From Crocosphaera subtropica ATCC 51142 (GTDB taxonomy: Bacteria > Cyanobacteriota > Cyanobacteriia > Cyanobacteriales > Microcystaceae), in contig NC_010546.1 of the NCBI RefSeq assembly GCF_000017845.1, forward strand, positions 3,840,001 through 3,872,000: DNA of 32,000 bases, in the 5' to 3' direction. Positions 16,423 through 25,192 of the stretch are shown piece by piece. The position numbers and the translations under genes are program-made. The notes under the pieces were generated by a model that searched no databases, was not told the origin of the DNA, and saw only the letters and a list, made by a program, of their open reading frames with translations. The first letter of the stretch is position 1. Every line of letters begins with the position of its first letter.

Positions 16423-19400
16423 TCAAAGTAAGCCTTCTGCCTCTTGCCTCCTGCCTTCTGCCTTCTTCAAGGTATTTTGAGTTAATTCGAGGACAGAATC
16501 AAATAAGAAGTTTTCGGACCATTCTTGAAGGGTAATAGCTAGGGGTTGACTACCAGGGGGAATTTGATGGACTAACTCAAGTATGCCATCGTCACTACAT
16601 TCTAAGGCCGCTTGATGAAGTTGTTTGATCCAATGAGCGGGCATTTTTTCGAGAAGGGTCTGTAATTGACAGGTGGTTTCTGGGGTGATGACTGGGCTGT
16701 GTTGAGCAGAAAGATGTGAGTCTTCTAAGTCTTCATAAATATATTGAACCCCAAGATGTTGAGCAATTTTTTCCCATAACACATCTTCTCGAAACGGTTT
16801 ACGCATAAAATCGTCACACCCGGCCGATAGGACTAAATTGCGTTCTTCTTCAAAGGCACTAGCGGTTAAGGCAATAATCACTGTTTTTTGTCCTTCAGGG
16901 GTGGCTTTGATATGTTGGGTGGCTTGATAACCATCAACAATAGGCATTCTCATATCCATCCAAATTAAATGGGGTTGCCAATGTTGCCAGATGTCTAGAG
17001 CTTCTTGCCCGTTACTGGCTTGACGAACATTAAACCCCATCGAAGATAATAACTTAACTAATAAAATACGGCTTTCTAGACGGTCATCCACGGCTAAAAT
17101 GCGATATTGAGGTTGACCGGAAACTAACCCAATGACTCGACGAGGAGGTTTATTAATTTTAATGGTATTAGCATGAACAATGGTAGCCTCAATGGTAAAG
17201 GTAAATAAACTGCCTCGGCCTAATATACTACTAACGGTGATTTCTCCTCCCATTAATTCTACAAATTTACGACTAATGGGCAATCCTAATCCTGTGCCTT
17301 CATTGGAGTTACGACCGGTTTCTGTTTGTCCGAAGGCTTCAAAGAGTTGATTGACTTCTTCGGCTGCAATACCAGGTCCTGTATCTTCTATTTCAAAGGT
17401 TAAGATAATTGTTGGATTTTGGTCAGTGCTATGATTCGTTTTAATTCGTAAAATTACCCCACCTTCTTGGGTGAATTTAATGGCATTTCCTAAGAGATTG
17501 ATCAGAACTTGTCTCAGTTTTCCTTCGTCGGTTTCTATGTATTGGGGAAGGTCTGGGTTTTTTTCAAAGAGAAGTTGTAAGTTTTTTTCTTCTGCTTTTA
17601 AATGCAGCATGGATTCTAGGTTATCAAGCAGGCGATAGAGATCAAATTGAGTTTGATTGAAGGTGGTTCTTCCTGCTTCAATTTTGGTCATTTCTAAGAT
17701 GTCATTGATTAATTCTAATAAATGTTCTCCACTGCGGCCGATAATGTCTAAATTTTGTCTATGTTCTCCTTTTAAACTATGATCTCTTTGCATCACTTGG
17801 GTAAATCCCAAAATAGCGTTTAACGGGGTACGCAATTCGTGGCTCATGCTGGCTAAAAATTCACTTTTAGCACGGTTGGCTGCGTCGGCTTGTTCTTTGG
17901 CTTGTTTTAAGGCTTCTTCTGCTTGTTTTCGCTCGGTTATATCTCTAATAATTGCTGTAAAAATTGTTTTTCCCCGCAACTTAATTTTAGAAATAGACAC
18001 TTCTGCTAAAAATTCCGTTCCATCTTTTCGTTGACCAAAAACGGGACGACGACCCCCCATTTGTCTGGCGGTTTCTGCGGTATGTTGAAAGGTCTTAATA
18101 TGTTGGTAGTGAGCGTCAGTAAAACGGGAAGGGATTAAAAGATTAAAGGCTCGACCTAATACTTCTTCAGAGGTATAACCAAAGATTTCTTCAGCAGCAT
18201 GGTTAAAGAGGGTTATATTTTGTTGTTCATCGATGGAAATAATCGCTTCGTTGGCATTATCTAAAATACCTGCAAACCTTGCCTGGGACTCTTTTTGTGC
18301 TTCTTCTGCAATGGCTCTGGCTTCGGCGATCGCCATTAATTCTCCGACTAATTTTAGGAGGTTAACATCTTCTTTTTTCCACTTTTTATAGCGATTGGTA
18401 TCGATACCTAAATAGCCGACAGTTTGTCCTCCGGTCATCATGGGAACCACTAACAAATTGGGACTTAAACTGTTTTGATAGGCTTCTTGTTCTGCGGTTG
18501 CTTCTGGGGGAAAATCGTCTAACCTGTTAATACAAATTGATTTTCCTTCTATGAGTTGTTGAGAAAACCAAGGAAAGACTTCTAAGGAAATATTTTGAGA
18601 ATCATGGATCGTTGAAGGAGTATATTCATTACACCATTCATGTAGCATACTCCAGGCTTTTTCTTCGGGGAAATAACGGATGATATAACTGCGATCGCAT
18701 TTAGTAAATTTTCCTAAGGATGCCAAAATAAAATTGACGGCAGTTGTTAAGTCTTGATCAATTAATTGTCTGGCAATATTACTCAGTAAAGCGTCTCTTT
18801 CGGCTTGTTGTTTAATGGCTTCTTCTTTCTGTTTGCGATCGGTAATATCTCGACTAATACCAATGGTTCCCATTAACTTCCCTTCGGGACAACAAAAAGG
18901 GGTTTTTAGGGTATCAACTAAGCGACGGTTACCATTAGGATAAGTGATCCATTCTTCGTTACGATGGGACTGTTTTTGTAGCATCATAAAGCGATCTTGT
19001 TCTCGAAAACCTAAGGCTTCTTCTGGGGGAAACAGTTCAAAATCACTTTTACCGATAATGTCTTTTCTATCTCTTCCGGCAAAGGTTTCAAAGGCATTAT
19101 TACACATTTTATAGACTCCTTTGGAATCTTTGCAAAAAACCAGATCAGGAATGCAATCTATTAATGAAGTTAATAAGATTTGTTCGTTTTTGCGATCGCT
19201 GATATCGGTATGAGAACCGGCCATTCTGACAGGGGTTCCGGTTGCGTCCCATAAGGCTTTTCCCCGAGAAAGTATCCATTTATAGTTACCATCTTGGCAT
19301 TTTAAACGAAATTCTGCACTATAATGATCGGTTTTTCTGGCAAAATGATCCCCTAAAATTTTCATCACCCTTTCTCTATCTTGAGGATGAAGTAATTGCT

Positions 19401-19671
19401 TCCATGTATCAATATGATTGGGTAATTCTTGCTCACCGTAACCTAGCATTTCTTTCCAACGAGGGGAAAAAAACATTTCATCGGTTTTTAAGTTCCAGTC
19501 CCAAATTCCTTCATTGGTTCCCTGGACCACTAATTGCCATCTTTCCTCACTTTCTCGTAAGGTTTCTTGCATGGTTAAAGCCACTTTTTGATCGGCTTTT
19601 AAGCGGATTATTTCTGCTTGTAGTTCTTGAATTAGTCTATCTTTTTCTATTTCCGAGTTAAGATCATTCAT
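16423..19671 (-). CDS. Multi-sensor hybrid histidine kinase (coiled coil, PAS-PAS-GAF-PAS, HisKA-HATPase, REC, conserved C-terminal module)
   Basis: Three PAS/PAC units (EERWQLVVQGTNEGIWDW..., LLTSLIDCIPDLVF..., RFAGILDNANEAIISI...). GAF (FILASLGKFTKCDRSYIIRY...). H-box SMSHELRTPLNAILG. N-box LLGNAIKFT. G1 EDTGPGI. G2 GTGLGLPISR. REC (ILAVDD..., WMDMRMPIVDG, FMRKPF). About 125 aa follow REC without an HPt HxxKG motif. Confidence 0.92.
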   Translation of the reverse strand: MNDLNSEIEKDRLIQELQAEIIRLKADQKVALTMQETLRESEERWQLVVQGTNEGIWDWNLKTDEMFFSPRWKEMLGYGEQELPNHIDTWKQLLHPQDRERVMKILGDHFARKTDHYSAEFRLKCQDGNYKWILSRGKALWDATGTPVRMAGSHTDISDRKNEQILLTSLIDCIPDLVFCKDSKGVYKMCNNAFETFAGRDRKDIIGKSDFELFPPEEALGFREQDRFMMLQKQSHRNEEWITYPNGNRRLVDTLKTPFCCPEGKLMGTIGISRDITDRKQKEEAIKQQAERDALLSNIARQLIDQDLTTAVNFILASLGKFTKCDRSYIIRYFPEEKAWSMLHEWCNEYTPSTIHDSQNISLEVFPWFSQQLIEGKSICINRLDDFPPEATAEQEAYQNSLSPNLLVVPMMTGGQTVGYLGIDTNRYKKWKKEDVNLLKLVGELMAIAEARAIAEEAQKESQARFAGILDNANEAIISIDEQQNITLFNHAAEEIFGYTSEEVLGRAFNLLIPSRFTDAHYQHIKTFQHTAETARQMGGRRPVFGQRKDGTEFLAEVSISKIKLRGKTIFTAIIRDITERKQAEEALKQAKEQADAANRAKSEFLASMSHELRTPLNAILGFTQVMQRDHSLKGEHRQNLDIIGRSGEHLLELINDILEMTKIEAGRTTFNQTQFDLYRLLDNLESMLHLKAEEKNLQLLFEKNPDLPQYIETDEGKLRQVLINLLGNAIKFTQEGGVILRIKTNHSTDQNPTIILTFEIEDTGPGIAAEEVNQLFEAFGQTETGRNSNEGTGLGLPISRKFVELMGGEITVSSILGRGSLFTFTIEATIVHANTIKINKPPRRVIGLVSGQPQYRILAVDDRLESRILLVKLLSSMGFNVRQASNGQEALDIWQHWQPHLIWMDMRMPIVDGYQATQHIKATPEGQKTVIIALTASAFEEERNLVLSAGCDDFMRKPFREDVLWEKIAQHLGVQYIYEDLEDSHLSAQHSPVITPETTCQLQTLLEKMPAHWIKQLHQAALECSDDGILELVHQIPPGSQPLAITLQEWSENFLFDSVLELTQNTLKKAEGRRQEAEGLL
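16432..16466. repeat. Five tandem heptamers GCCTTCT GCCTCTT GCCTCCT GCCTTCT GCCTTCT inside the 3' end of the hybrid kinase ORF
   Basis: Read directly. On the minus strand these 35 nt encode most of the terminal KKAEGRRQEAEGLL tail of the 1082-aa protein. Confidence 0.65.
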
Positions 19672-19881
19672 TGTTTTTATTTAAACTCAAATCTTGCACC
19701 TTGTTTAAAAGTAGCTAATTTAGTGAGGTGATAGGGGATTAATATTAATTGTCAATAAAAATTGCTGTTTGCTATATTTTTTTTATACTAATGCAAGATA
19801 TCGGTTTAAGGCAATTAAGAATGGAGAATTATGGCTCAATGAATTTTCCCAAACTCTCCAAACCCTTGCCTATATTATAAA

Positions 19882-20310
19882 TTATTGAATGTTAACTAAT
19901 TCAATATCAAAGGTTAAATCTTTTCCTGCTAAGGGATGATTTGCGTCTAACGTTACTTTATCCTCAGCAATATTAGTGACCATCACAGGAACCGCTTGAC
20001 CGCTAGAATGACGCATTTGCAACTGTTGCCCTACTTCTACAGATAAATCTGATGGCATCTGTTTTTCATCTACCACAATCACTAATTCATCTTGATAAGG
20101 TCCGTAGGCTTGTTCTGAAGGAATGGTAACACTTTTGTTGTCTCCTGGACTCATTCCAACGATGGCTTCTTCAAACCCTGCAATGACTTGACCTTGTCCG
20201 AGGGAAAATTGTAAGGGATCACGATTCACAGAAGAATCAAAAACTGTCCCGTCTTGCAATTTACCTGTATAGTTGACTTTGACTGTATCTCCAAGTTTAG
20301 CTTGTACCAT
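19882..20310 (-). CDS. FKBP-type peptidyl-prolyl cis-trans isomerase, SlyD-like (with IF insert, no His-rich tail)
   Basis: VKVNYTGKLQDGTVFDSS, GQGQVIAGFEEAIVGM, and the C-terminal HPLAGKDLTFDIELV typical of short SlyD/FkpB-type PPIases. Confidence 0.88.
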   Translation of the reverse strand: MVQAKLGDTVKVNYTGKLQDGTVFDSSVNRDPLQFSLGQGQVIAGFEEAIVGMSPGDNKSVTIPSEQAYGPYQDELVIVVDEKQMPSDLSVEVGQQLQMRHSSGQAVPVMVTNIAEDKVTLDANHPLAGKDLTFDIELVNIQ

Positions 20311-20445
20311 ATCACATTACCTGCTAAATTTATGTGTTTAATGAAGGGACTTTTTCACGGTAGTTTTTTTCTAGCAGTTTTGTCAACTTTTTGTGGTATT
20401 CTTAAAAATTTATTAATGATTAAACTTTCATAAATCCGATTCTCT

Positions 20446-21591
20446 ATGAAACCAACCATTGAAACGTTAAATTTATTTAAGCTTGCTTCTGGTGATGAGT
20501 TTTTTCTGCAACTGTATCAGTTTATAGGTAAAAAAAGGAATAAAAAAGTTTATATTCAATCGAATTTACATGGGTCGGAAATTGTTGGTAATGCAGTTAT
20601 TTCACAATTAATTGATTTTTTATCCACCCTGAAGAAAAGTGAACTAGAGGGAGAAATTTGGTTACTTCCAGTCTGTAATCCTCTAGGTACAAATCAACGA
20701 AATCATTTTTTTTCTTCGGGACGGTTTAATAGTTATGACGGGAAAGATTGGAATCGAATCTTTTGGGACTATGAAAAAATCTGTCATAATTTAGATGAGT
20801 TTGTGCAAGAAAATTTAAAGTTTGATTCTCTAACAATTCAAGAAAATTTTTTACAACAACAAAAAATAGCTTTTAGCAAACAACTCGAAAAAATCAATCA
20901 TCCCAGTGGTGCGCCTTTGTTTGAACAGTATCGTTATCAATTACAATCTTTATCGATGGATGCTAACTATGTAATCGATATTCATAGTTCTAGTAATCAA
21001 TGTATTGATTATCTTTTTTGTTTCCCTGGAGAACAGGAAAACAGTGCTAAATATTTTCAGATAGATTATGGCATTTTAATGGATACTTATGATGGAGATG
21101 CCTTTGATGAAGCTTTTATGAAACCTTGGTTAGCGTTAGAAAAGAAGTTTGAAAAAGTAGGAAGAAAAATAAATGTTGATCGGGAGTCTTGGACGTTAGA
21201 ATTAGGCTCAGGAATGAAAATGAATCCTCAATCAGTTACCATTGGAGTAAAAGGTATTATTAATTATTTAGTCAAAAAAGGAGTATTAAAATTAGAACAT
21301 TATTCTCTAATTAGTAACGAAATTACTTTAGTTTCTCGTCAAAATATCAGAAACTATTATGCCCCTACGGGTGGCATGATTCAAAATAGATTATCCCTAA
21401 AAACGAGGGTACAAGCAGGGGATAAACTTTACGAAATTCTCAGTTTTAATAAACGAGGATATTTACCCGAAGTTATTCAGGTTTGTGCAGAAAAAGATGG
21501 CTTTGTCTTTGATGTATCTACTAATTATTCAGTTAATCAAGGGGATTATGTATTGGCCCTTTGTAGTATCAATCTAGAACACTTATGTTAA
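20446..21591 (+). CDS. Succinylglutamate desuccinylase/aspartoacylase (AstE/AspA, M14-like) family zinc hydrolase
   Basis: Zinc-ligand pattern HGSE (HxxE) in SNLHGSEIVGN, a second His in VIDIHSS and a catalytic-type Glu in WTLELG. C-terminal beta domain. AT-rich gene. Confidence 0.8.
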   Translation: MKPTIETLNLFKLASGDEFFLQLYQFIGKKRNKKVYIQSNLHGSEIVGNAVISQLIDFLSTLKKSELEGEIWLLPVCNPLGTNQRNHFFSSGRFNSYDGKDWNRIFWDYEKICHNLDEFVQENLKFDSLTIQENFLQQQKIAFSKQLEKINHPSGAPLFEQYRYQLQSLSMDANYVIDIHSSSNQCIDYLFCFPGEQENSAKYFQIDYGILMDTYDGDAFDEAFMKPWLALEKKFEKVGRKINVDRESWTLELGSGMKMNPQSVTIGVKGIINYLVKKGVLKLEHYSLISNEITLVSRQNIRNYYAPTGGMIQNRLSLKTRVQAGDKLYEILSFNKRGYLPEVIQVCAEKDGFVFDVSTNYSVNQGDYVLALCSINLEHLC

Positions 21592-22148
21592 TTTTTGCGT
21601 TCTTTAATAACTCGTCCTGAACTGACAAAAGACATCCCTTGTTGAGAAAAGGTATTAATCATGATAGCTTCAAAGATAGGTTGGCTCACCTGTTGATCAC
21701 TCCTCCACTGGATAATAAAGTTAGCACCACTTCCTCCCGTTCGATCGTCTCTGGGAACAACAACTGTCGTAGAAGCTAATGGGGCTAGTTGAATGGGTTG
21801 CCTTAAGTAAGCCTTGACTTTTTTTCCTCCAGAGTCGTAGTAATCTACGGTTTCAATGATAATGGAGTGATTTATATCAGTATTACGAAGACTCAGAGTA
21901 GCAACCAACTGGGAGACTTGATTTTGGTCAAAATTATAAATTTCTGAATAGATGGGAACATAAATCACTTGACCAGTGATGAGAGGGGGTAGTTGCTCTG
22001 AGGAAATTTCTCTGACTCCTGGACTTTGTTGTAACTGTTCCTCTGTTGAAAGGTGAGAGGGAGACTTTATGGGTTGGAGTTGTGTACAACCCATTAATAA
22101 TGCAAGAACTAGACAATAGATAAAAGGAACTCTCCCATAAAACACCAT
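21588..22148 (-). CDS. DUF3124-type lipoprotein
   Basis: Signal peptide with lipobox LLMGC. GQVIYVPIYSEIY, TLSLRNTD, VDYYDSGG and GGSGANFIIQW match my recollection of DUF3124. Its stop overlaps the convergent gene's stop by 4 nt (TTAA at 21588-21591). Confidence 0.78.
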   Translation of the reverse strand: MVFYGRVPFIYCLVLALLMGCTQLQPIKSPSHLSTEEQLQQSPGVREISSEQLPPLITGQVIYVPIYSEIYNFDQNQVSQLVATLSLRNTDINHSIIIETVDYYDSGGKKVKAYLRQPIQLAPLASTTVVVPRDDRTGGSGANFIIQWRSDQQVSQPIFEAIMINTFSQQGMSFVSSGRVIKERKN

Positions 22149-22214
22149 AATTTTCCCTAAGATAAGAATAAATTTTGCTATGATTAAAGTTTACTTGTAA
22201 AGTGTAAAACTCCT

Positions 22215-23405
22215 GTGACTATGAGTTTGAGTTGGATGCGTCGTGCCGATCGCTTAAAAGCCTTGCCTCCCTATGTTTTCGCCCGATTAGACGAACTGAA
22301 AGCGAGGGCAAGAGAACAGGGATTAGATTTAATAGACTTAGGAATGGGAAACCCAGATGGAATGGCACCGCAACCAGTCATTGAAGGGGCGATCGCAGCG
22401 TTGCAACAGCCCCAAACTCATGGCTATCCACCCTTTGAAGGAACGGCTAGTTTTCGTGAAGCGATTACTGCTTGGTATCATCGCTGTTATCGGGTGGACT
22501 TAGATTCAAGCAGTGAAGCGTTACCTTTAATTGGCTCAAAAGAAGGTTTAGGCCATTTAGCTTTAGCTTATATTAATCCTGGGGATGTGGTTTTAGTTCC
22601 TAGTCCTTCTTATCCGGCTCATTTTCGTGGACCGTTAATTGCCGGGGCGCAACTCTATCCCATTATTTTATCAGCAGAAAAAGACTGGTTAATTGATCTC
22701 CATTCTATCCCTGACAATATTGCCAAAGCAGCTAAAATTTTATATTTTAATTATCCTAATAATCCTACGACAGCAACAGCCCCGAAAGCATTTTTTGAAG
22801 AAATTGTTAAATGGGCAACCCATTACGAAATCATGTTAGTACATGATCTTTGTTATGCGGAATTAGCCTTTGATGGTTATCAACCTACTAGCTTACTAGA
22901 AATTCCTGGGGGTAAAGACATTGGGGTAGAATTTCATACCCTTTCTAAAACCTATAATATGGCCGGTTGGCGGGTGGGTTTTGTGGTCGGAAATGCCGAA
23001 ATTATTCAAGGGTTAAGAACGTTAAAAACGAATCTTGATTATGGTATTTTTGCAGCCGTTCAAGCAGCAGCAGAAACCGCTTTAAACTTACCTGATAGTT
23101 ATATTAAACAAGTTCAAGAAAGATATCAAAACAGACGGGATTTTCTCATTCAAGGGTTGGGAGAATTGGGTTGGAACATTAAACCGTCTCAAGCAACCAT
23201 GTACCTTTGGGTCAAGTGTCCCACTCATACTAATTCGACGGATTTTGCCCTCGATGTTCTTGAAAAAACAGGGATTGTCTTTACCCCTGGCAATGCTTTC
23301 GGGGAAGGGGGAGAAGGGTATGTCAGAATCAGTTTAATTGCTGAATGCGATCGCTTAGGAGAAGCTTTAAGTCGCCTTAAACAAGCTGGAATTGGTTATG
23401 TTTAA
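22215..23405 (+). CDS. Class I/II PLP-dependent aminotransferase (AspC/AlaA-like)
   Basis: LPPYVFARLDELK N-terminal motif, YPNNPTTA, and the PLP-lysine motif SKTYNMAGWRVGF. The ORF-track start is GTG at 22215. ATG at 22221 or 22236 (MRRADRLKALPPYVF) may be the real start. Confidence 0.9.
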   Translation: MTMSLSWMRRADRLKALPPYVFARLDELKARAREQGLDLIDLGMGNPDGMAPQPVIEGAIAALQQPQTHGYPPFEGTASFREAITAWYHRCYRVDLDSSSEALPLIGSKEGLGHLALAYINPGDVVLVPSPSYPAHFRGPLIAGAQLYPIILSAEKDWLIDLHSIPDNIAKAAKILYFNYPNNPTTATAPKAFFEEIVKWATHYEIMLVHDLCYAELAFDGYQPTSLLEIPGGKDIGVEFHTLSKTYNMAGWRVGFVVGNAEIIQGLRTLKTNLDYGIFAAVQAAAETALNLPDSYIKQVQERYQNRRDFLIQGLGELGWNIKPSQATMYLWVKCPTHTNSTDFALDVLEKTGIVFTPGNAFGEGGEGYVRISLIAECDRLGEALSRLKQAGIGYV

Positions 23406-23510
23406 TGATTCTAATTAATATTATCCCTGAAGAGTAGGTTGCAGGCATACAACTCCCCCATTATGTATATAATATCATGTCAAGTCAAGCAAAAGCAAGG
23501 ATTATTTCCA

Positions 23511-24836
23511 TTAATTTAAAGAACTCACTAATTTAACCTTCAATCCTGAACGTGGATGAAGGGTGGGAATAGCATCAAGGGTTAAGTTTTGATCGGGCAG
23601 TATTTCCCAGAAGTAATGACGCAATAACAGAGAAGCAAAAATTTTCATTTCCATCTGGGCAAACCCATAGCCTAAACAAAATCTCGGTCCTCCACCAAAA
23701 CCCACTAAACTGTACTCTGTTTTTTTATGTTCTTCTCGTTGACGACTGAAGCGATCGGGATCAAATTTTTCAGGATTAGGAAACACATTTCTATCTTGAT
23801 GAGAAGCATTAATCCGATAGCTAACAATCCAATGTTCAGGAACGTAATAACCATTGAAAACAAACGGTTTAACCACCCCCCTAAACCCACCTCCGACCGG
23901 TGGATAAAGACGTTCTACTTCTTTGAGAATTTGCTCAAGATAAGTCATCTGTTTGAGCTTTTCTGGGGTTAAATCCCTGTCAATATTTAATGCTTTTTGT
24001 TCTGCTTTTGCTTTCTCTAAAATATCCCTATGTTGTGCTAACGCCATACAGAAACTAACGAGCATAGAGGTAGTAGTTTCGTGGCCAGCAAATAATAACA
24101 GTAAGGCTTGTACTTTGATTTCTTCTTTGCTGAGGTGTCCTTCATTTTCGTCCCTGGTTTGTATCATTAAACCCAGTGCATCGTCTCCCGGATTTGAGAT
24201 TCTTTCTTCTATTTGTTGATCAATATACTCTAAAAGGCGATCACGTGCTGCTAAGGCTTTACCATATTTAGACCATCCTGTGCGTAAGGGGAAGATAGCA
24301 AATAAACCATTGGTTAACTCGGCAAACCACTGAGATAAAACCTCAATATTTTCTCCTGGGGATGTTCCTAGAAGTAAGACACTGGCAATTTCAAAGGTCA
24401 TTTTTTTCATTTCAGGAAACCAAGTTAAATACTTCTGCTTTTCCCACTTTGACAAATATTGACTAATAATTTGCTCCATGGTTGTCAAATATTTAGCTAA
24501 GGCTTGACCGTGAAAAGCCGGCATTAATAACTTACGGTTGCGTTGATGCTCTTGGCCATCTTGGACAAATAAGGATCTTCCTAATAGTTCTTGGAAATTA
24601 TTCGGCCACCCTTTGCCCCAAGAAAAATGATCCATATGACTCGATAATATAAACTGATTAGCTTTTGAGCCACTCATAAACACTGTCTTACGACCTAAAA
24701 TCTGGGTTTTATAGATAGAACCGTATTGTTTTTCTCGTTTATCGGCAAAATTGGGATCTAGCAAAAATTGGAGGGTTTCACCTACTATGGGTAAACCAAA
24801 ACGACCTGGGGGTAATGGATGGGATGGTGCTTTCAT
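23511..24836 (-). CDS. Cytochrome P450, CYP120-like
   Basis: Heme-thiolate signature FGGGPRFCLG. I-helix AGHETT. K-helix ExxR (EVER). N-terminal PPGRFGLPIVGETLQFL as in Synechocystis CYP120A1 (from memory). Confidence 0.92.
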   Translation of the reverse strand: MKAPSHPLPPGRFGLPIVGETLQFLLDPNFADKREKQYGSIYKTQILGRKTVFMSGSKANQFILSSHMDHFSWGKGWPNNFQELLGRSLFVQDGQEHQRNRKLLMPAFHGQALAKYLTTMEQIISQYLSKWEKQKYLTWFPEMKKMTFEIASVLLLGTSPGENIEVLSQWFAELTNGLFAIFPLRTGWSKYGKALAARDRLLEYIDQQIEERISNPGDDALGLMIQTRDENEGHLSKEEIKVQALLLLFAGHETTTSMLVSFCMALAQHRDILEKAKAEQKALNIDRDLTPEKLKQMTYLEQILKEVERLYPPVGGGFRGVVKPFVFNGYYVPEHWIVSYRINASHQDRNVFPNPEKFDPDRFSRQREEHKKTEYSLVGFGGGPRFCLGYGFAQMEMKIFASLLLRHYFWEILPDQNLTLDAIPTLHPRSGLKVKLVSSLN

Positions 24837-25192
24837 CTGTTTTGTGTGTAGGGTTCATCAATTGTTATTGGTAAGTATGATAACTTATTCATTGGTAAGG
24901 ATTATGACTAGAGCGATCGCACCTTGATTAGAACCTATTAACGTAATCGTCTGATGAAAAAGTATGTATTATATTTGTATTTTTAATTAATGTATTTTTC
25001 CAAAATTTTTCAAAAAACAGTAGTAATTGATACAAAATGTCCTCGAAATTGTTCAAGTACCCCACAGAATTGTTGCAAATTTCAGTCAATAAGCAACGAA
25101 AGAATGGGCTTGACAAGGCATACTACTTTTTTGTATCATAACTAATAGTGTTAGGTTATAGTGGACTAAGTGTACGCCTAGACAAAGCTTAA

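Noticed and set aside
16369-16466. Heptamer tracts considered as a possible CRISPR or minisatellite array
   Set aside because: The units are 7 nt with no spacers, and the tracts are only 28-35 nt long. This matches STRR-type simple repeats, not a CRISPR array.
19242-19661. 139-aa plus-strand ORF inside the hybrid kinase gene
   Set aside because: It lies entirely antisense to a 1082-aa ORF with clear PAS motifs. Its sequence is low-complexity and hydrophobic with no recognisable motif. It looks like a typical shadow ORF.
24928-25116. 62-aa intergenic ORF between the MEKHLA and P450 genes
   Set aside because: It has a TTG start, lies in a very AT-rich spacer, has an Asn/Phe/Leu-rich low-complexity translation, and lacks an RBS or terminator. 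It is more likely promoter and leader DNA for the P450 gene. A homology search could overturn this.
25110-25139. Plus-strand TTGACA-18 nt-TATCAT promoter-like match that would drive an RNA antisense to the MEKHLA 3' end
   Set aside because: A single hexamer-pair match with an 18-nt spacer in AT-rich DNA is expected by chance. There is no downstream structure or ORF to support it.
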